Notes: generated from the letters alone by a model not told the origin. 64,000 nucleotides of DNA from Longimicrobiales bacterium (GCA_965202805.1 OZ241869.1:256001-320000); one strand, 5' to 3'. Shown: positions 10,058 through 20,368, counted from the first letter of the stretch. Made by a program: numbers and translations.

Positions 10058-10585
10058 CACGCAGGTCCGGCTCCCGCCATAATGCCAGTAGACATCAGTA
10101 GATGTCAGTTCGACCGGCTCCCCGGGCGTGAGCTCGGTTCCCACCCAGACGCGGAGCGTCGTGTCGCGGGCCTCGCTCCAGCGTACGTCGATCCGGATCT
10201 GTCCCAGCATGCCGGTCTGGTAGTCGAAGTCCACGGGCTCTCCCGGGACCATGAGGCGCTCGAGGATGACCGGGCCCTCGTCACGGGCCAGGTCGCGCAT
10301 GACGACATGCCAGTTGCCCGTGTGCTCCTCCCAGATGCGCAACTGGCCTCGAAGCTGGATTCCGAGGGTGGGCACGGGCCCGCTCTGGAAGGAGCCGACG
10401 CCGTCCTCGATGGCCAGGGCGACCCAGGCGCCGCCCTGCTGCAGGACCTGGAGGATCTCCGGCGACACCTGAGCCTGCAGGGAAGGGGATCCCGGCGCCA
10501 GCGGGGAAACCGCTGCGAGGACGGAGGTCGCGAGCGCACGAACCCACGCCGACCTGCCGGGGCGGCATCCGGCCCGCGGATTCAA
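9878..10585 (-). CDS. Hypothetical secreted protein (3' end uncertain)
   Basis: Signal-peptide-like N-terminus and a beta-rich body. The C-terminal part runs antisense into the agmatinase gene, so the true end is probably near 10110. Confidence 0.5.
   Translation of the reverse strand: MNPRAGCRPGRSAWVRALATSVLAAVSPLAPGSPSLQAQVSPEILQVLQQGGAWVALAIEDGVGSFQSGPVPTLGIQLRGQLRIWEEHTGNWHVVMRDLARDEGPVILERLMVPGEPVDFDYQTGMLGQIRIDVRWSEARDTTLRVWVGTELTPGEPVELTSTDVYWHYGGSRTCVLSAGSDALREQAQDLVHQRCADQRRAPARIERRGDLHHIASHEVEPPQAVQERDRLARG
10086..10109. repeat. 10-bp tandem repeat CAGTAGAYRT
   Basis: CAGTAGACAT-CAGTAGATGT-CAGT; the same motif recurs at 37899-37934. Confidence 0.75.
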
Positions 10586-10753
10586 CGCCAGTTCCTCACG
10601 CGTGCACGCTGCACTCCACCTCTCCCTTGAAGAGCTCGTTCATGACCGGCATCGCCCGGGCCCCGTTTTCCCGATTCGGGCGCCGGTAGCTATACTCGCT
10701 ACGACCCCTCGCGTTCCGACAAAACCACGAACCGGCATCCAGGAGCGACGCCT

Positions 10754-12493
10754 GTGGAAACCGGCCCCGGAAAGCCGGCAGGAGGGCTTCGCTACGCGGC
10801 CAACGAGTCGCCGCCGCATCCGGCCTCCTTCCTCCTTGGACTGCAGGTCGCCGTGCTGGTATGCACGCCCGTGGTCGTGGTCACCACCATCGTCACGCGC
10901 GCGGCGAATCTGACCGGCGCCTACCTGTCCTGGGCCATCTTCGCCAGCATGGTCATCGGCGGGCTCACCACCATCGTGCAGGCTCGGCGAGTCGCGGGCA
11001 TGGGGGGCGCCAACCTGATGATCATGGGGGCCTCCGGAGCCTCCATCGGGGTCGCGGTGCTGGCGCTGGCCGCGGGTGGTCCCGCGTTGCTCGCCGTGCT
11101 GGTGATCGCTTCGGGGCTCTTCCAGCTCGGTCTGGCGGCGCGCCTGGTCCTGCTCCGGCGAATCATCACGCCGGTCGTGTCGGGCACGCTCATGGCGCTG
11201 ATCGCCGTCACGGTGATGCCCATGGGGTTCGGGCTGCTGACCGAGGTGCCGGCGCAGGCGCCCACGGCCGCCGCGCCTGTCATCACGCTGGTCACCGCGG
11301 CTACCGCGCTGGGCCTGATGCTGCGCGCCCCCCGACTCCTGAGAGCCTGGACGCCGGTGGTTGCCCTCGGCCTGGGATGCGCCACGGCCGGCTTCTTCGG
11401 CATCTTCGATCTCACGGCGGTTCGCGAAGCCGGCTGGTTCGGGGCTCCCGCCGCGGCGTTGCCCGGTTTTGACGTCCGGTTCGACTCGAGCTTCTGGCTG
11501 CTCCTGCCGGCCTTCCTGTTCGTCACCCTGGTCATCACGGTCAGGCAGGTCGGCGACGCCATCGTCATGCAGCGCCTCTCTCGGCGCGAGCAAAAGGCGA
11601 TCGACTTCCGCAGGGTGGAGGGGGCCGTGGCGGCGTGCGGTGCGGGGACCCTGCTGTCGGGGATCGCCGGCGTCCTGCCGATCTGGCCCTATCCGGCCGG
11701 CATCGCCATGGCGGAGGGCATCGGCGTGGCAGCCCGGCGGGTGGGCGTCTACATCGGGGCCATCTTCATCGGCCTGGCGTTCGTTCCCAGGATCACCGCC
11801 CTCGTGCTGTCCATTCCGGGGCCCGTGCTGGGTGCCTATATCGTCGTGGTCATGGGGCTCGTCTTCGCCCGCGGCATGCGCGTGGTCTTCCAGGCGGACG
11901 GAGGGCGTCACAGCTCGCTGATCGCCGGATTCTCCTTCTGGGTCGGCATCGGCATCCAGTTCCAGGCGATCTTCCCGCAGTACCTGGGCACGCCCGCCGC
12001 GCAGATGCTGGCGAACGGGCTTACGGCCGGCGGGGTGACCATCCTCCTGCTGAACCTGTTCCTGGAGCTGACCGGGCCCCGGAGGCGCAGGGTCGAGATG
12101 CGGCTTGGTCAGGACAGCCTGCGCACCCTCGACGCATTCGTGGTCGGATTTGCGGAAAAATACGGGTGGGACGGCGAGGGAAGGGAGCGTCTCAGAGCAG
12201 CATCGGAGGAAGCGCTCCTCAGCCTCGCCCGGCAGGAGGAGGACGCAACCCGGGCCGCGGACCGGCGGCGCCTGCGCGTCGTCGCCCGCAACGACCGCAG
12301 CGGAGCCATCCTGGAGTTCAGCGCAGCCACCGACGCGGGGAATCTGGAGAACCGGATCGTCCTGCTCAGCGACCTTCCGGACTTCGAGAGCAAGCGCGAC
12401 CTGTCGCTGCGGCTCCTCCGCCACTACGCGTCATCCGTGAAGCACCAGCAGTATCACAACGCGGATGTCGTCACGATCCGCGTGGACAGGTAG
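10754..12493 (+). CDS. NCS2/UraA-fold (xanthine/uracil permease-like) membrane protein with C-terminal RsbW/HATPase-like domain
   Basis: Many TM segments with IITPVVSG, VGD, GVAARRVG and SIPGPVLG; about 140 aa soluble tail containing RLRAASEEALLSL...RDLSLRLLRHYASSVKH. Confidence 0.8.
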   Translation: METGPGKPAGGLRYAANESPPHPASFLLGLQVAVLVCTPVVVVTTIVTRAANLTGAYLSWAIFASMVIGGLTTIVQARRVAGMGGANLMIMGASGASIGVAVLALAAGGPALLAVLVIASGLFQLGLAARLVLLRRIITPVVSGTLMALIAVTVMPMGFGLLTEVPAQAPTAAAPVITLVTAATALGLMLRAPRLLRAWTPVVALGLGCATAGFFGIFDLTAVREAGWFGAPAAALPGFDVRFDSSFWLLLPAFLFVTLVITVRQVGDAIVMQRLSRREQKAIDFRRVEGAVAACGAGTLLSGIAGVLPIWPYPAGIAMAEGIGVAARRVGVYIGAIFIGLAFVPRITALVLSIPGPVLGAYIVVVMGLVFARGMRVVFQADGGRHSSLIAGFSFWVGIGIQFQAIFPQYLGTPAAQMLANGLTAGGVTILLLNLFLELTGPRRRRVEMRLGQDSLRTLDAFVVGFAEKYGWDGEGRERLRAASEEALLSLARQEEDATRAADRRRLRVVARNDRSGAILEFSAATDAGNLENRIVLLSDLPDFESKRDLSLRLLRHYASSVKHQQYHNADVVTIRVDR

Positions 12494-12541
12494 CGCCCGC
12501 GGCCGGACATCCCGCCCGGGAGGACGAGGGCGCAAGCCGGC

Positions 12542-14386
12542 TCACAGCAGCCGCCGCACGATCAGCTCGACGCATTCCTCGGGCTCGAGTTTCTCGGTGT
12601 CGAGCCGCAGGTCCGGGTTCCGGGGCTTCTCGTAGGGGCTGTCGATGCCGGTGAAGTTGCCGATCTCGCCCCTCATCGCCTTGGCGTAGAGTCCCTTGGG
12701 ATCGCGCGCCGCGCAGACCTCGAGGGATGCGTCGACGAAGATCTCCCTGAAGTCGCCGGGGTCGAACAGGCCGCGGGCGAAGTCCCGTTCGGACCGGAAG
12801 GGGCTGATGAAGGACACGATCACGACCAGCCCCGCGTCGACCATGAGACGAGCCACCTCGGCAACCCTGCGGATGTTCTCCACCCGGTCCGCCTCGGTGA
12901 AGCCGAGGTCCCGGTTGAGCCCGTGGCGGACATTGTCGCCGTCCAGCAGGTAGGTGTGGTTCCCCTCGGCGTGGAGGCGCTGCTCGAGCAGGTTGGCGAC
13001 CGTGGTCTTGCCGGATGCCGAGAGCCCGGTCAGCCACAGGCAGCGGGCCCGCTGCAGCTTGAGTTCCTGGCGGGCCTCGCGGGTGACGTGGAAATCCTGC
13101 CACCGGATGTTGGATGCGCGCTTGAGCGCGAAGTTGATCGTGCCGGCCCCCGCGGTTTCGTGGGTGGTCCGGTCGATCATGATGAAGCTGCCCAGCCCCC
13201 GGTACCGGTCGAAGGGCGCGTAGGGGATCGGCCGGTTGGTCGAGATGTTGACCGTGGCCAGATCATTGAGGCTCAGCGTGGTGCCCGCCAGCCTGGTCCC
13301 CCGCGACACATCCAGCCGGTACCTGATCCGGGTTACGGTCGCGGTCACTTCCCGCGAATGGATCTTGAGCAGGTAGGAACGGCCGACAACCAGCGGGCGA
13401 TCGTGCATCCAGATCAGATTGGCCTGGAAATGGTCGGTCACGCCCGGGGGGTTGAAGGCTTCCGCGATGACGTCGCCCCGGGTCACATCCACCTCGCTCG
13501 CCAGGGTCAGCGTCACCGAGTCGCCCCGCTCGGCCTGCTCCCGGGTGCCCTGCCACACCACGATCGACTCCACGACGGTCTCCACTCCCGACGGGGATAT
13601 GCGCACGCGGTCCCCCACCGCAACCTTTCCGGCCGCGATCCGGCCGCTGTAGCCGCGAAAGTCGAGGTTGGGGCGGTTGACGTATTGCACGGGCATCCGG
13701 AAGGACTCCCTCTCCATGGACGACTCGACGTCAACCGTCTCCAGGTGCTCGAGCAGCGTGGGGCCGGAATACCATTCCGCGGACGCGCAGCGATGCGTCA
13801 GATTGTCTCCCGCAAGTGAAGATACGGGTATGATTTGCAGGTTCTCGACACCGACCTCGCGCGCCATCGACCGGTACCCGTCCGCGATCGCTTCGAAAGT
13901 GCTCCGATCCCAGAGCACCAGGTCCATCTTGTTGACTGCGAGGACCAGGTGCCGGACCCCGAACATGACCGCGATGCGGGTGTGCCGGGCGGTCTGGGGC
14001 AGGATCCCCTTGCGGGCGTCGGCCAGAACGACCGCCAGATCCGCATTCGAGGCTCCGGTCGCCATGTTTCGGGTGTATTGCTCGTGGCCGGGCGCGTCGG
14101 CGACGATGAACCGGCGCCGGGGCGTCTCGAAGCTGCGGTAGGCGACATCGATGGTGATGCCCTGCTCGCGCTCGTCGCGCAGGCCGTCCACCAGCAGCGC
14201 CAGATCGGTCTCGTCGCCCTGCGTGCCCCAGCGCCGGGAATCCTCCTCCACCTTCCGCAGCTCATCGGCGAAGACCTGCCGGCAATCATGGAGCAGCCGG
14301 CCCAGGAGGGTGCTCTTGCCGTCGTCCACACTGCCGCACAGGACGAAGCGCAGGGGAGGTCGCGCTGGCGGGGGGGAAGGGGCCAT
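12542..14386 (-). CDS. cysNC: Bifunctional sulfate adenylyltransferase subunit 1 / adenylyl-sulfate kinase
   Basis: GSVDDGKST, EREQGITIDVAY, DAPGHEQY and NKMD GTPase motifs; C-terminal APS kinase WLTGLSASGKTT, LDGDNVR, NFTGIDSPYE. TGATG overlap with cysD. Confidence 0.95.
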   Translation of the reverse strand: MAPSPPPARPPLRFVLCGSVDDGKSTLLGRLLHDCRQVFADELRKVEEDSRRWGTQGDETDLALLVDGLRDEREQGITIDVAYRSFETPRRRFIVADAPGHEQYTRNMATGASNADLAVVLADARKGILPQTARHTRIAVMFGVRHLVLAVNKMDLVLWDRSTFEAIADGYRSMAREVGVENLQIIPVSSLAGDNLTHRCASAEWYSGPTLLEHLETVDVESSMERESFRMPVQYVNRPNLDFRGYSGRIAAGKVAVGDRVRISPSGVETVVESIVVWQGTREQAERGDSVTLTLASEVDVTRGDVIAEAFNPPGVTDHFQANLIWMHDRPLVVGRSYLLKIHSREVTATVTRIRYRLDVSRGTRLAGTTLSLNDLATVNISTNRPIPYAPFDRYRGLGSFIMIDRTTHETAGAGTINFALKRASNIRWQDFHVTREARQELKLQRARCLWLTGLSASGKTTVANLLEQRLHAEGNHTYLLDGDNVRHGLNRDLGFTEADRVENIRRVAEVARLMVDAGLVVIVSFISPFRSERDFARGLFDPGDFREIFVDASLEVCAARDPKGLYAKAMRGEIGNFTGIDSPYEKPRNPDLRLDTEKLEPEECVELIVRRLL

Positions 14387-15297
14387 CAGAAGTAGCCCTC
14401 CCTTTTCTTGCGTTCCATGGAGGCGTCGCCGTCGTGGTCGACCAGGCGTCCCCGGCGCTCGGAGTCGCGGGTTGCCAGCGTCTCGGCGAGGATCGCCTCC
14501 AGGGTGTCGGCGTCGCTCTCGACCGCGGCCGTGAGCGGATAGCATCCGAGGGTGCGGAAGCGGATGCGAAGGCGTTGCGGCTCCTCGCGGGCGCCGAGCG
14601 GCATGCGCTCGTCGTCGACCATGATCCACTGCCCTTCGCGTTCGACGACCGGGCGCTTCTTCGCGAAATAGAGCGGGACCACCGGGATCCCCTCGGCCGC
14701 GATGTAGCGCCAGATGTCTGCCTCGGTCCAGTTGGAGAGCGGAGACACGCGGAGCGATTCACCTTGGTGGACGCGTGTATTGTAGAGGTTCCAGAGTTCG
14801 GGGCGCTGCGCCCTGGGGTCCCACTGGTGGGCCGAGTTGCGGAACGAGAACACCCGCTCCTTCGCCCGTGATCCCTCCTCGTCCCGCCGCCCGCCCACGA
14901 AGATGATGTCGTACTTCCCGGCGTTCAGGGCCTGGCGCAGCGCTTCGGTGGTCATGACGTCGGTGTAGCGCTCGGATCCGTGCGAGAACGGGTCCACGCC
15001 GGCCCGCAGCCCCTCCTCGTTCACGTGAACCACGAGCTCGACACCCGCCTCGGCCACCGCGCGGTCACGGAAGGCGATCATCTCGCGGAACTGCCAGGTG
15101 GTCTCGATGTGCAGCAGAGGAAGGGGAGGCGGCGCGGGCCAGAACGCCTTGCGCGCCACATGGAGCAGAACCGACGAGTCCTTGCCCATCGAGTAGAGCA
15201 TGACGGGCCGGGCGGCCGCCGCGATCCCTTCGCGGATGATCTCGATGGCTTCCGATTCGAGGGAGGAAAGCCAGCGGGAGGTGCCTCGCTCGCTCAA
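14386..15297 (-). CDS. cysD: Sulfate adenylyltransferase subunit 2
   Basis: [57 protein letters not shown] start overlaps the P450 stop (TTGA). Confidence 0.95.
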   Translation of the reverse strand: MSERGTSRWLSSLESEAIEIIREGIAAAARPVMLYSMGKDSSVLLHVARKAFWPAPPPLPLLHIETTWQFREMIAFRDRAVAEAGVELVVHVNEEGLRAGVDPFSHGSERYTDVMTTEALRQALNAGKYDIIFVGGRRDEEGSRAKERVFSFRNSAHQWDPRAQRPELWNLYNTRVHQGESLRVSPLSNWTEADIWRYIAAEGIPVVPLYFAKKRPVVEREGQWIMVDDERMPLGAREEPQRLRIRFRTLGCYPLTAAVESDADTLEAILAETLATRDSERRGRLVDHDGDASMERKKREGYF

Positions 15298-16640
15298 GCG
15301 CACCCTCTCTCCCGCACCCGCAGGGGGAGTCCCTCGCTGATGCGATAGACGCCCGTCGAGTTGATCCTGGCCGGCTTCGGGGAAACAGCCTCGACCCGCC
15401 AGCGCTGCGCGATGCTCGTGAGAGTGTAGACGGCCTCCATGGTGGCGAACTTCCACGCGATGCACATGCGGGCGCCGGATCCGAAGGGGAAGCAGGATTG
15501 CTTCATGTGGCGCACCTCCGCGTCGTCCATCCATCGCTCCGGCCTGAACGCCTCGGGGCACTCGAAGTAGTCCGGATGCCGGTGCGGCGGCCGGAAGTAT
15601 GTCTGCACGATCGTACCCCTGGGAATGAAGTACCCGCCGATGGCGCAGTCTTCGATGGCCTCCCGCCCCAGGAAGTAGATCGGCGGAGACTGTCGCAATG
15701 CTTCCTGGAAGAGGGCGGTGGCGTACGGCAGCCTCCCGAAGTCGCCCGGCTCAATGCCGCGGGTCCCGATGACGTCGTCGATTTCCTGCTCGAGCCGGTC
15801 GGCGACACCCGGATTTCGCGAAAGGTAGTCGAGGCAGAAGGTCATCGCGCTGGAGGAGGTGTCGTGGCCCACCATGAGCAGCACGAAGGCCTCGTCCCGC
15901 ACCTCGTCGTCGGAGAAGACCTGATCGACGCCCTCCTCGTCCTCGGCCCGAACGAGCAGTGAGATCAGATCGCTCCTGTCCCGGGAGCGGTCGCGGGCCC
16001 GGCGGATGACCTCGTAGATCACCTCGTCCATGGCCTTCCACGCACGCCTGGCGCGCAGATTCCCGGGCAGGGGCAGAACTCGAAGCAGCCCGGTGAACGG
16101 GAAGAAGCGGAGCGTGAAGTCCCAGATGCAGCCGTCCACGGTGGCCTGCCCGATTTTCGGGTCGACTTCCATGTCGCGCCCGAAGAAAGCCGTGACGGCG
16201 ACGCTCATCGCGAGGTCATGCATCGCCGCCGCCCCGTCGATCACCTGGCCGTCGTGCCAGCTCTCCCGCATTGCGTGGGCCTTCTCCACCATGATCTGCG
16301 CATATGCCGACATGCCCTTCCTGCCGAACGAGGGCTGGTACAGCTTCCGCCGCCTGCGGTGATCATCTCCGTCGCTGCTGGTGATGGTGAGGTTTTTCAT
16401 CGGCCGCATGTCCTTGTAGCCGATCGTCTTGTGAAACGATCGCTGCTTCGTCACAAGAACTTCCCGAATCGCGGCCGGATCCGAGACCGCAACGAACCGC
16501 CGATTCAGGAGACGGTAGGACGCCACACCGCCGTATCGGCTGTGCAGGCCCTCCAGAAAGCGCGGGAAGTCGCGCAGGCGGGCCAGGACGTGCCGGAAGT
16601 GGCCTCCCCGGGGTCCCGGGGGCTGCCGTTCTTCGTTCAT
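15294..16640 (-). CDS. Cytochrome P450 (third in operon)
   Basis: I-helix VGHDT, EALR, FRPERW, heme motif [16 protein letters not shown] overlap with the upstream P450. Confidence 0.95.
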   Translation of the reverse strand: MNEERQPPGPRGGHFRHVLARLRDFPRFLEGLHSRYGGVASYRLLNRRFVAVSDPAAIREVLVTKQRSFHKTIGYKDMRPMKNLTITSSDGDDHRRRRKLYQPSFGRKGMSAYAQIMVEKAHAMRESWHDGQVIDGAAAMHDLAMSVAVTAFFGRDMEVDPKIGQATVDGCIWDFTLRFFPFTGLLRVLPLPGNLRARRAWKAMDEVIYEVIRRARDRSRDRSDLISLLVRAEDEEGVDQVFSDDEVRDEAFVLLMVGHDTSSSAMTFCLDYLSRNPGVADRLEQEIDDVIGTRGIEPGDFGRLPYATALFQEALRQSPPIYFLGREAIEDCAIGGYFIPRGTIVQTYFRPPHRHPDYFECPEAFRPERWMDDAEVRHMKQSCFPFGSGARMCIAWKFATMEAVYTLTSIAQRWRVEAVSPKPARINSTGVYRISEGLPLRVRERGCA

Positions 16641-18100
16641 TCCCGGTCGGGACGTCGGCGGACCACTACGGGGAGCCCCTTGCGACATTTGTAGAAGAGG
16701 ACGTCCGCGATGGGCGGGAACCCCTCGAAGGTCAGGTCGAACCGCCACCGCTGCGCGAAGACGGAAAGCGCCAGCACCAGCTCGAGCAGCGCAAACCGGA
16801 AACCGCTGCAGAAACGGATGCCGCTGCCGAAGGGCGCATACGCCATTCGCGGCAGCCGGGGCTTCGGCTCCTGCAGCCAGCGCTCCGGCATGAACCGATC
16901 CTGTTCCCCGAAATAGTCGTCATGCCGCATGGGCGTCCGGATGGACAGCTCCACCATCGTGTCCTCGGGGATCCGGTAGCCGCCGATCACGACATCTTCC
17001 GTCGTAACCCGTCCCAGATAGGTGACCGGCGGGGTCATGCGGAGCGATTCGTCCACGACCGCCCTGGCGTACTTCAGCCTGGGGACGTCATGGAAGCCGG
17101 GCAGGCGCCCTCCGAGCACGGTGTCCACTTCCTCTTCCAGCCGGGCACGCACGTCGGGGTTGCGGCCCAGGTGATAGGTGCACCACGTCATCGTGGCCGC
17201 GATGGTGACGTGGGACGCCACGATGATCGCGAGCACTTCGTCTCTCAGCTCGGCTTCGGTGAAGTCCCAATCGGGGCGCTCCGCGTCCCACGCCGTCACC
17301 AGGTGCGAGATGAGATCGCTCCGCCCGCTGCTCCCGCGCGTCCTGCGGATGTTGTCGCAGACCGCTTCGTGGAACTCCGCGATGTGGCGCCGGGCGGAGA
17401 TCGTCCGCGGATGAGGAAACGCCCTGGCCAGTTTCTCGAACGGGATGTGGCTCAGCCCGAACATCCACCTGAACGAGGCCAGATAGTCCTTCATGAGCCG
17501 GGTGCCGATGCCCATGTCGTCTCCGAAGAACGCGCGGCTCGCGATGGAGAGCGACAGGTCGGTGGCCAGGTGGTCCATGTCGATATGCTCGCCGTCGCTC
17601 AGCGCGTCTCTCGCACGCCGGAGCTCGCTGACCATCTTCTCGCTGTAGCCCTGGATGCACCTGGGGGTGAAGGAGGGCTGGATCAGCCTGCGCCGGCGCG
17701 CGTGGTCCTCGCCGTTGGCGGTTATGATGCAGTCGTTCCCCATGGTCTTTCGTTCCTGCGAGCCCTTGCGGAACGATTCGCGCTCCCGGGCGATCACCTC
17801 TTCCATCAGATCGGGCCGGAAGAGCACGCAGAAGCGTTTGTCCATGATGCGGTACGCGACGACATCCCCGTATTCCTCGCGCAGTCCGGCGAAGAATCCG
17901 GTCGTATGACGGACCCTGCGAATCAGGTTGCGCATCCGCTGGCCGCGCGGACCCGGCGGCCTCGGGAAGTCGGATGGATTCGGGGACGGAGCGACGGCGC
18001 GGGCGGCATGCTGCGCAGGACACTCTTCTCGCTGCGCGCCTCCGTTGTGCTCTCTCTTCAAGCTGCTCTCCCCCGGGACATTGTCCCATGTGTGCGCCAT
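16637..18100 (-). CDS. Cytochrome P450 (second in operon; atypical I-helix)
   Basis: ESLR, FMPERW, heme motif APFGSGIRFCSG; I-helix reads ASHVT. Start uncertain. Confidence 0.93.
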   Translation of the reverse strand: MAHTWDNVPGESSLKREHNGGAQREECPAQHAARAVAPSPNPSDFPRPPGPRGQRMRNLIRRVRHTTGFFAGLREEYGDVVAYRIMDKRFCVLFRPDLMEEVIARERESFRKGSQERKTMGNDCIITANGEDHARRRRLIQPSFTPRCIQGYSEKMVSELRRARDALSDGEHIDMDHLATDLSLSIASRAFFGDDMGIGTRLMKDYLASFRWMFGLSHIPFEKLARAFPHPRTISARRHIAEFHEAVCDNIRRTRGSSGRSDLISHLVTAWDAERPDWDFTEAELRDEVLAIIVASHVTIAATMTWCTYHLGRNPDVRARLEEEVDTVLGGRLPGFHDVPRLKYARAVVDESLRMTPPVTYLGRVTTEDVVIGGYRIPEDTMVELSIRTPMRHDDYFGEQDRFMPERWLQEPKPRLPRMAYAPFGSGIRFCSGFRFALLELVLALSVFAQRWRFDLTFEGFPPIADVLFYKCRKGLPVVVRRRPDRE

Positions 18101-18140
18101 TGTATTCCGGGCCTGTCGGGGTGGTCAAGCCGGGTCAAGA

Positions 18141-19178
18141 CTACCGCCGGACCCGGTTGTCGTACCCCAGAATTTCCTGTCCCGGGGCGCAGGCCGCGGC
18201 CAGGCGGGCATGCCGCTCCGGCGAAAGGCGGGTCCGGTTGGGCGGCCTGCGGCGAGGCAGCGCGCTGACTTCCCGCAGCCAGCGGGCATCGACGAAATCG
18301 GCGCCCAGGAAGTCGATGAAGCGACTCATCTCCTCCTCCGGGGACGCCACGATCGATTCGAAGCGCATCGCCAGCACCCGGTCCGCAGGCAGCGCGTTCA
18401 GGTACTCCGTGCCGCGCTCGATCATCCCGCTCCAGAACCATCCCGCCGACTTCAGCCGGATCCCGGCGCGCCGGTAGCGGTCGGCGGAGAAGAAACGGAA
18501 TCGCCAGCGCTCGAAGAGCGGCATCCAGGGACTGGTGCCCAGCCAGTGGGCCGGGTGGAAGGGATCGAGGCCGAACATTCTCAGCAGTTCCGCGGCCTCG
18601 ATCCGCAACCTGAAGAAGTGGTGGCCGTGCATCGACATTGCCGTATCGCGCCCGTCGCGGAAAACGTGTACGAAGCGAGCGCCCGGAAAGAGCCTGTCCA
18701 ACTGCGGAACGAACAGCAGCGAAGCTCCGGAGCGCTCGATCCACGCCCTCTTTCCGAAGTGATCGGCGAGCCATTCGAAGACGAAGCGGTAGTGGGCCGC
18801 CAGCGACGCCTCGCCCCGGGGTCGGAGCGCCGCCGCCAGGTCGTCCCAGAGCCGCTCGGGATCGTCGCTCAGGTGCGGAAGCGTGGCGCACATGATGGCG
18901 GGCACCTCATCCGCCCGATAACGCGCATCGGGACCGAGCCGATAAAGGAATTCCTCCATGAACAGGCCGTTTCCCAGCAGCGCGCGACCGGCCGGCGACA
19001 GCGTGTTCAGCCGCCGGTATGCGGCCTCGCCCGTCATCATGCCGCCCCGCAAGGCTCTGCTCGCCAGCGAGGTGAGGAACTCCGACACGCTCAGGAGGTC
19101 GGGATGCATCCGCACCATGTTGGAGAGCAGTGTGGATCCGCACCGCCCGGTGCTGACGATGAACGTGGGCCGCATCAT
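18141..19178 (-). CDS. PAPS-dependent sulfotransferase
   Basis: 5'-PSB loop STGRCGSTLL, 3'-PB motif FRDGRDTAMS, MRFESIVASP; ATGA overlap with the upstream oxygenase. Confidence 0.9.
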   Translation of the reverse strand: MMRPTFIVSTGRCGSTLLSNMVRMHPDLLSVSEFLTSLASRALRGGMMTGEAAYRRLNTLSPAGRALLGNGLFMEEFLYRLGPDARYRADEVPAIMCATLPHLSDDPERLWDDLAAALRPRGEASLAAHYRFVFEWLADHFGKRAWIERSGASLLFVPQLDRLFPGARFVHVFRDGRDTAMSMHGHHFFRLRIEAAELLRMFGLDPFHPAHWLGTSPWMPLFERWRFRFFSADRYRRAGIRLKSAGWFWSGMIERGTEYLNALPADRVLAMRFESIVASPEEEMSRFIDFLGADFVDARWLREVSALPRRRPPNRTRLSPERHARLAAACAPGQEILGYDNRVRR

Positions 19179-20368
19179 GCGGCGCCATCCCGCCCGCTCG
19201 GGCGGTCCCATGGCAAGGCTCCGTAGTCACCGGTCCTGAGCCAGAACTCCAGACCCATGAAGTTGCGGATCCGGTCGGGGAGCAGCCCCGGCCACCGTTC
19301 CGTCAGGCGGATGAGGGCGATGACGGTGCGGCACAGCAGAGGGCGAGGGCGGCTCCAGTGGCCGAGCCGGTCCGCCATGCCCGGCCCGAGCAGGTAGCGG
19401 GACATGGGACGAACCACGCCGGTGAACATGCGCGCCAGGCGTTCATTCCTGATGTGCATGTACTCCGGGCCCGATTCGATCATGGCGCGGTACAGCTTCC
19501 TGGAGGTCTCGTCGGGATCGAATTCCAGACTGAACGCCACGTCCGCCAGCGCGCGTGCATCGCCCTCGGAACGGAAACCGATGTCCGGACTCACACCGAG
19601 CAGGTGGTTCAGGTAGCGCCACGTCATCATGACGCTGTCGCGTTCACGCCGGTTCAGACGCACGCCCAGTCGCCGAAGGCCATCGACCACATACAGGGAG
19701 AAGAAGACGGAGTTCATGGCCATATGGGACTGGTTCAGGGGCACTCCGTAACCGGCGGCGTCCCATCGGCCGGTGCGGAGGATCTCCAGGCGCACGCGGG
19801 CGTGCATCACCCGCACGATCACGGCCATTCTGAATCCGTCCGCGTCTCTCCGCAGGCCGTCGGGCAGGAACGACTCCAGGACGAAGCGCACCGTCCTGCC
19901 GTACCGCCGGGCCGTCTCCCGCAGCAGCCGCCCGGTGAAGGCCAGCGGCCTGTTCGCCGTCGCCAGATAGGAGTGAGGCAGCGCGTAGGCGGCGAACGCG
20001 AGCCCGGTGAGCATCCCCGAGCGCAGGATCCTCGCGCTCGCGGGGCGCATCTCCTGCCAGTCCACCCACGACGGCACATGATCCAGCTCCTCGAACAGCG
20101 CCGTCAGGGCCGGAGGCGGATCGTCCAGGGCATCCACGCCGTGTGTGATCGCCTGGTGCAGGAGCCGGTCGACCTGATGAGCCGACAGCCCGTTGGTGGG
20201 CAGCATCAGCGCGTCGGCCAGCGGATCGCCCAGGTACAGGTTCGCCAGATACCGGTCGACCGCTTCGTCGCCGTGGATCTCCCTCGCGATGCGGATCCGT
20301 TCCGGGGACAGCGCCGGCGGAAGATCCCCGGGGGAAACCCGCGCGCGGGTCGAGCTAGCGGCCACCAC
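19175..20368 (-). CDS. MpaB/DUF2236 (rubber oxygenase Lcp-like catalytic domain) heme oxygenase
   Basis: GDPLAD, PSWVDW, VRVMHARVR, PLNQSHMA, WRYLNHLLGV motifs typical of the family. Confidence 0.85.
   Translation of the reverse strand: MVAASSTRARVSPGDLPPALSPERIRIAREIHGDEAVDRYLANLYLGDPLADALMLPTNGLSAHQVDRLLHQAITHGVDALDDPPPALTALFEELDHVPSWVDWQEMRPASARILRSGMLTGLAFAAYALPHSYLATANRPLAFTGRLLRETARRYGRTVRFVLESFLPDGLRRDADGFRMAVIVRVMHARVRLEILRTGRWDAAGYGVPLNQSHMAMNSVFFSLYVVDGLRRLGVRLNRRERDSVMMTWRYLNHLLGVSPDIGFRSEGDARALADVAFSLEFDPDETSRKLYRAMIESGPEYMHIRNERLARMFTGVVRPMSRYLLGPGMADRLGHWSRPRPLLCRTVIALIRLTERWPGLLPDRIRNFMGLEFWLRTGDYGALPWDRPSGRDGAA

Noticed and set aside
12542..15297. Housekeeping assimilatory sulfate reduction operon
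   Set aside because: No cysH/cysI/cysJ; the genes are translationally coupled to the P450/sulfotransferase operon.
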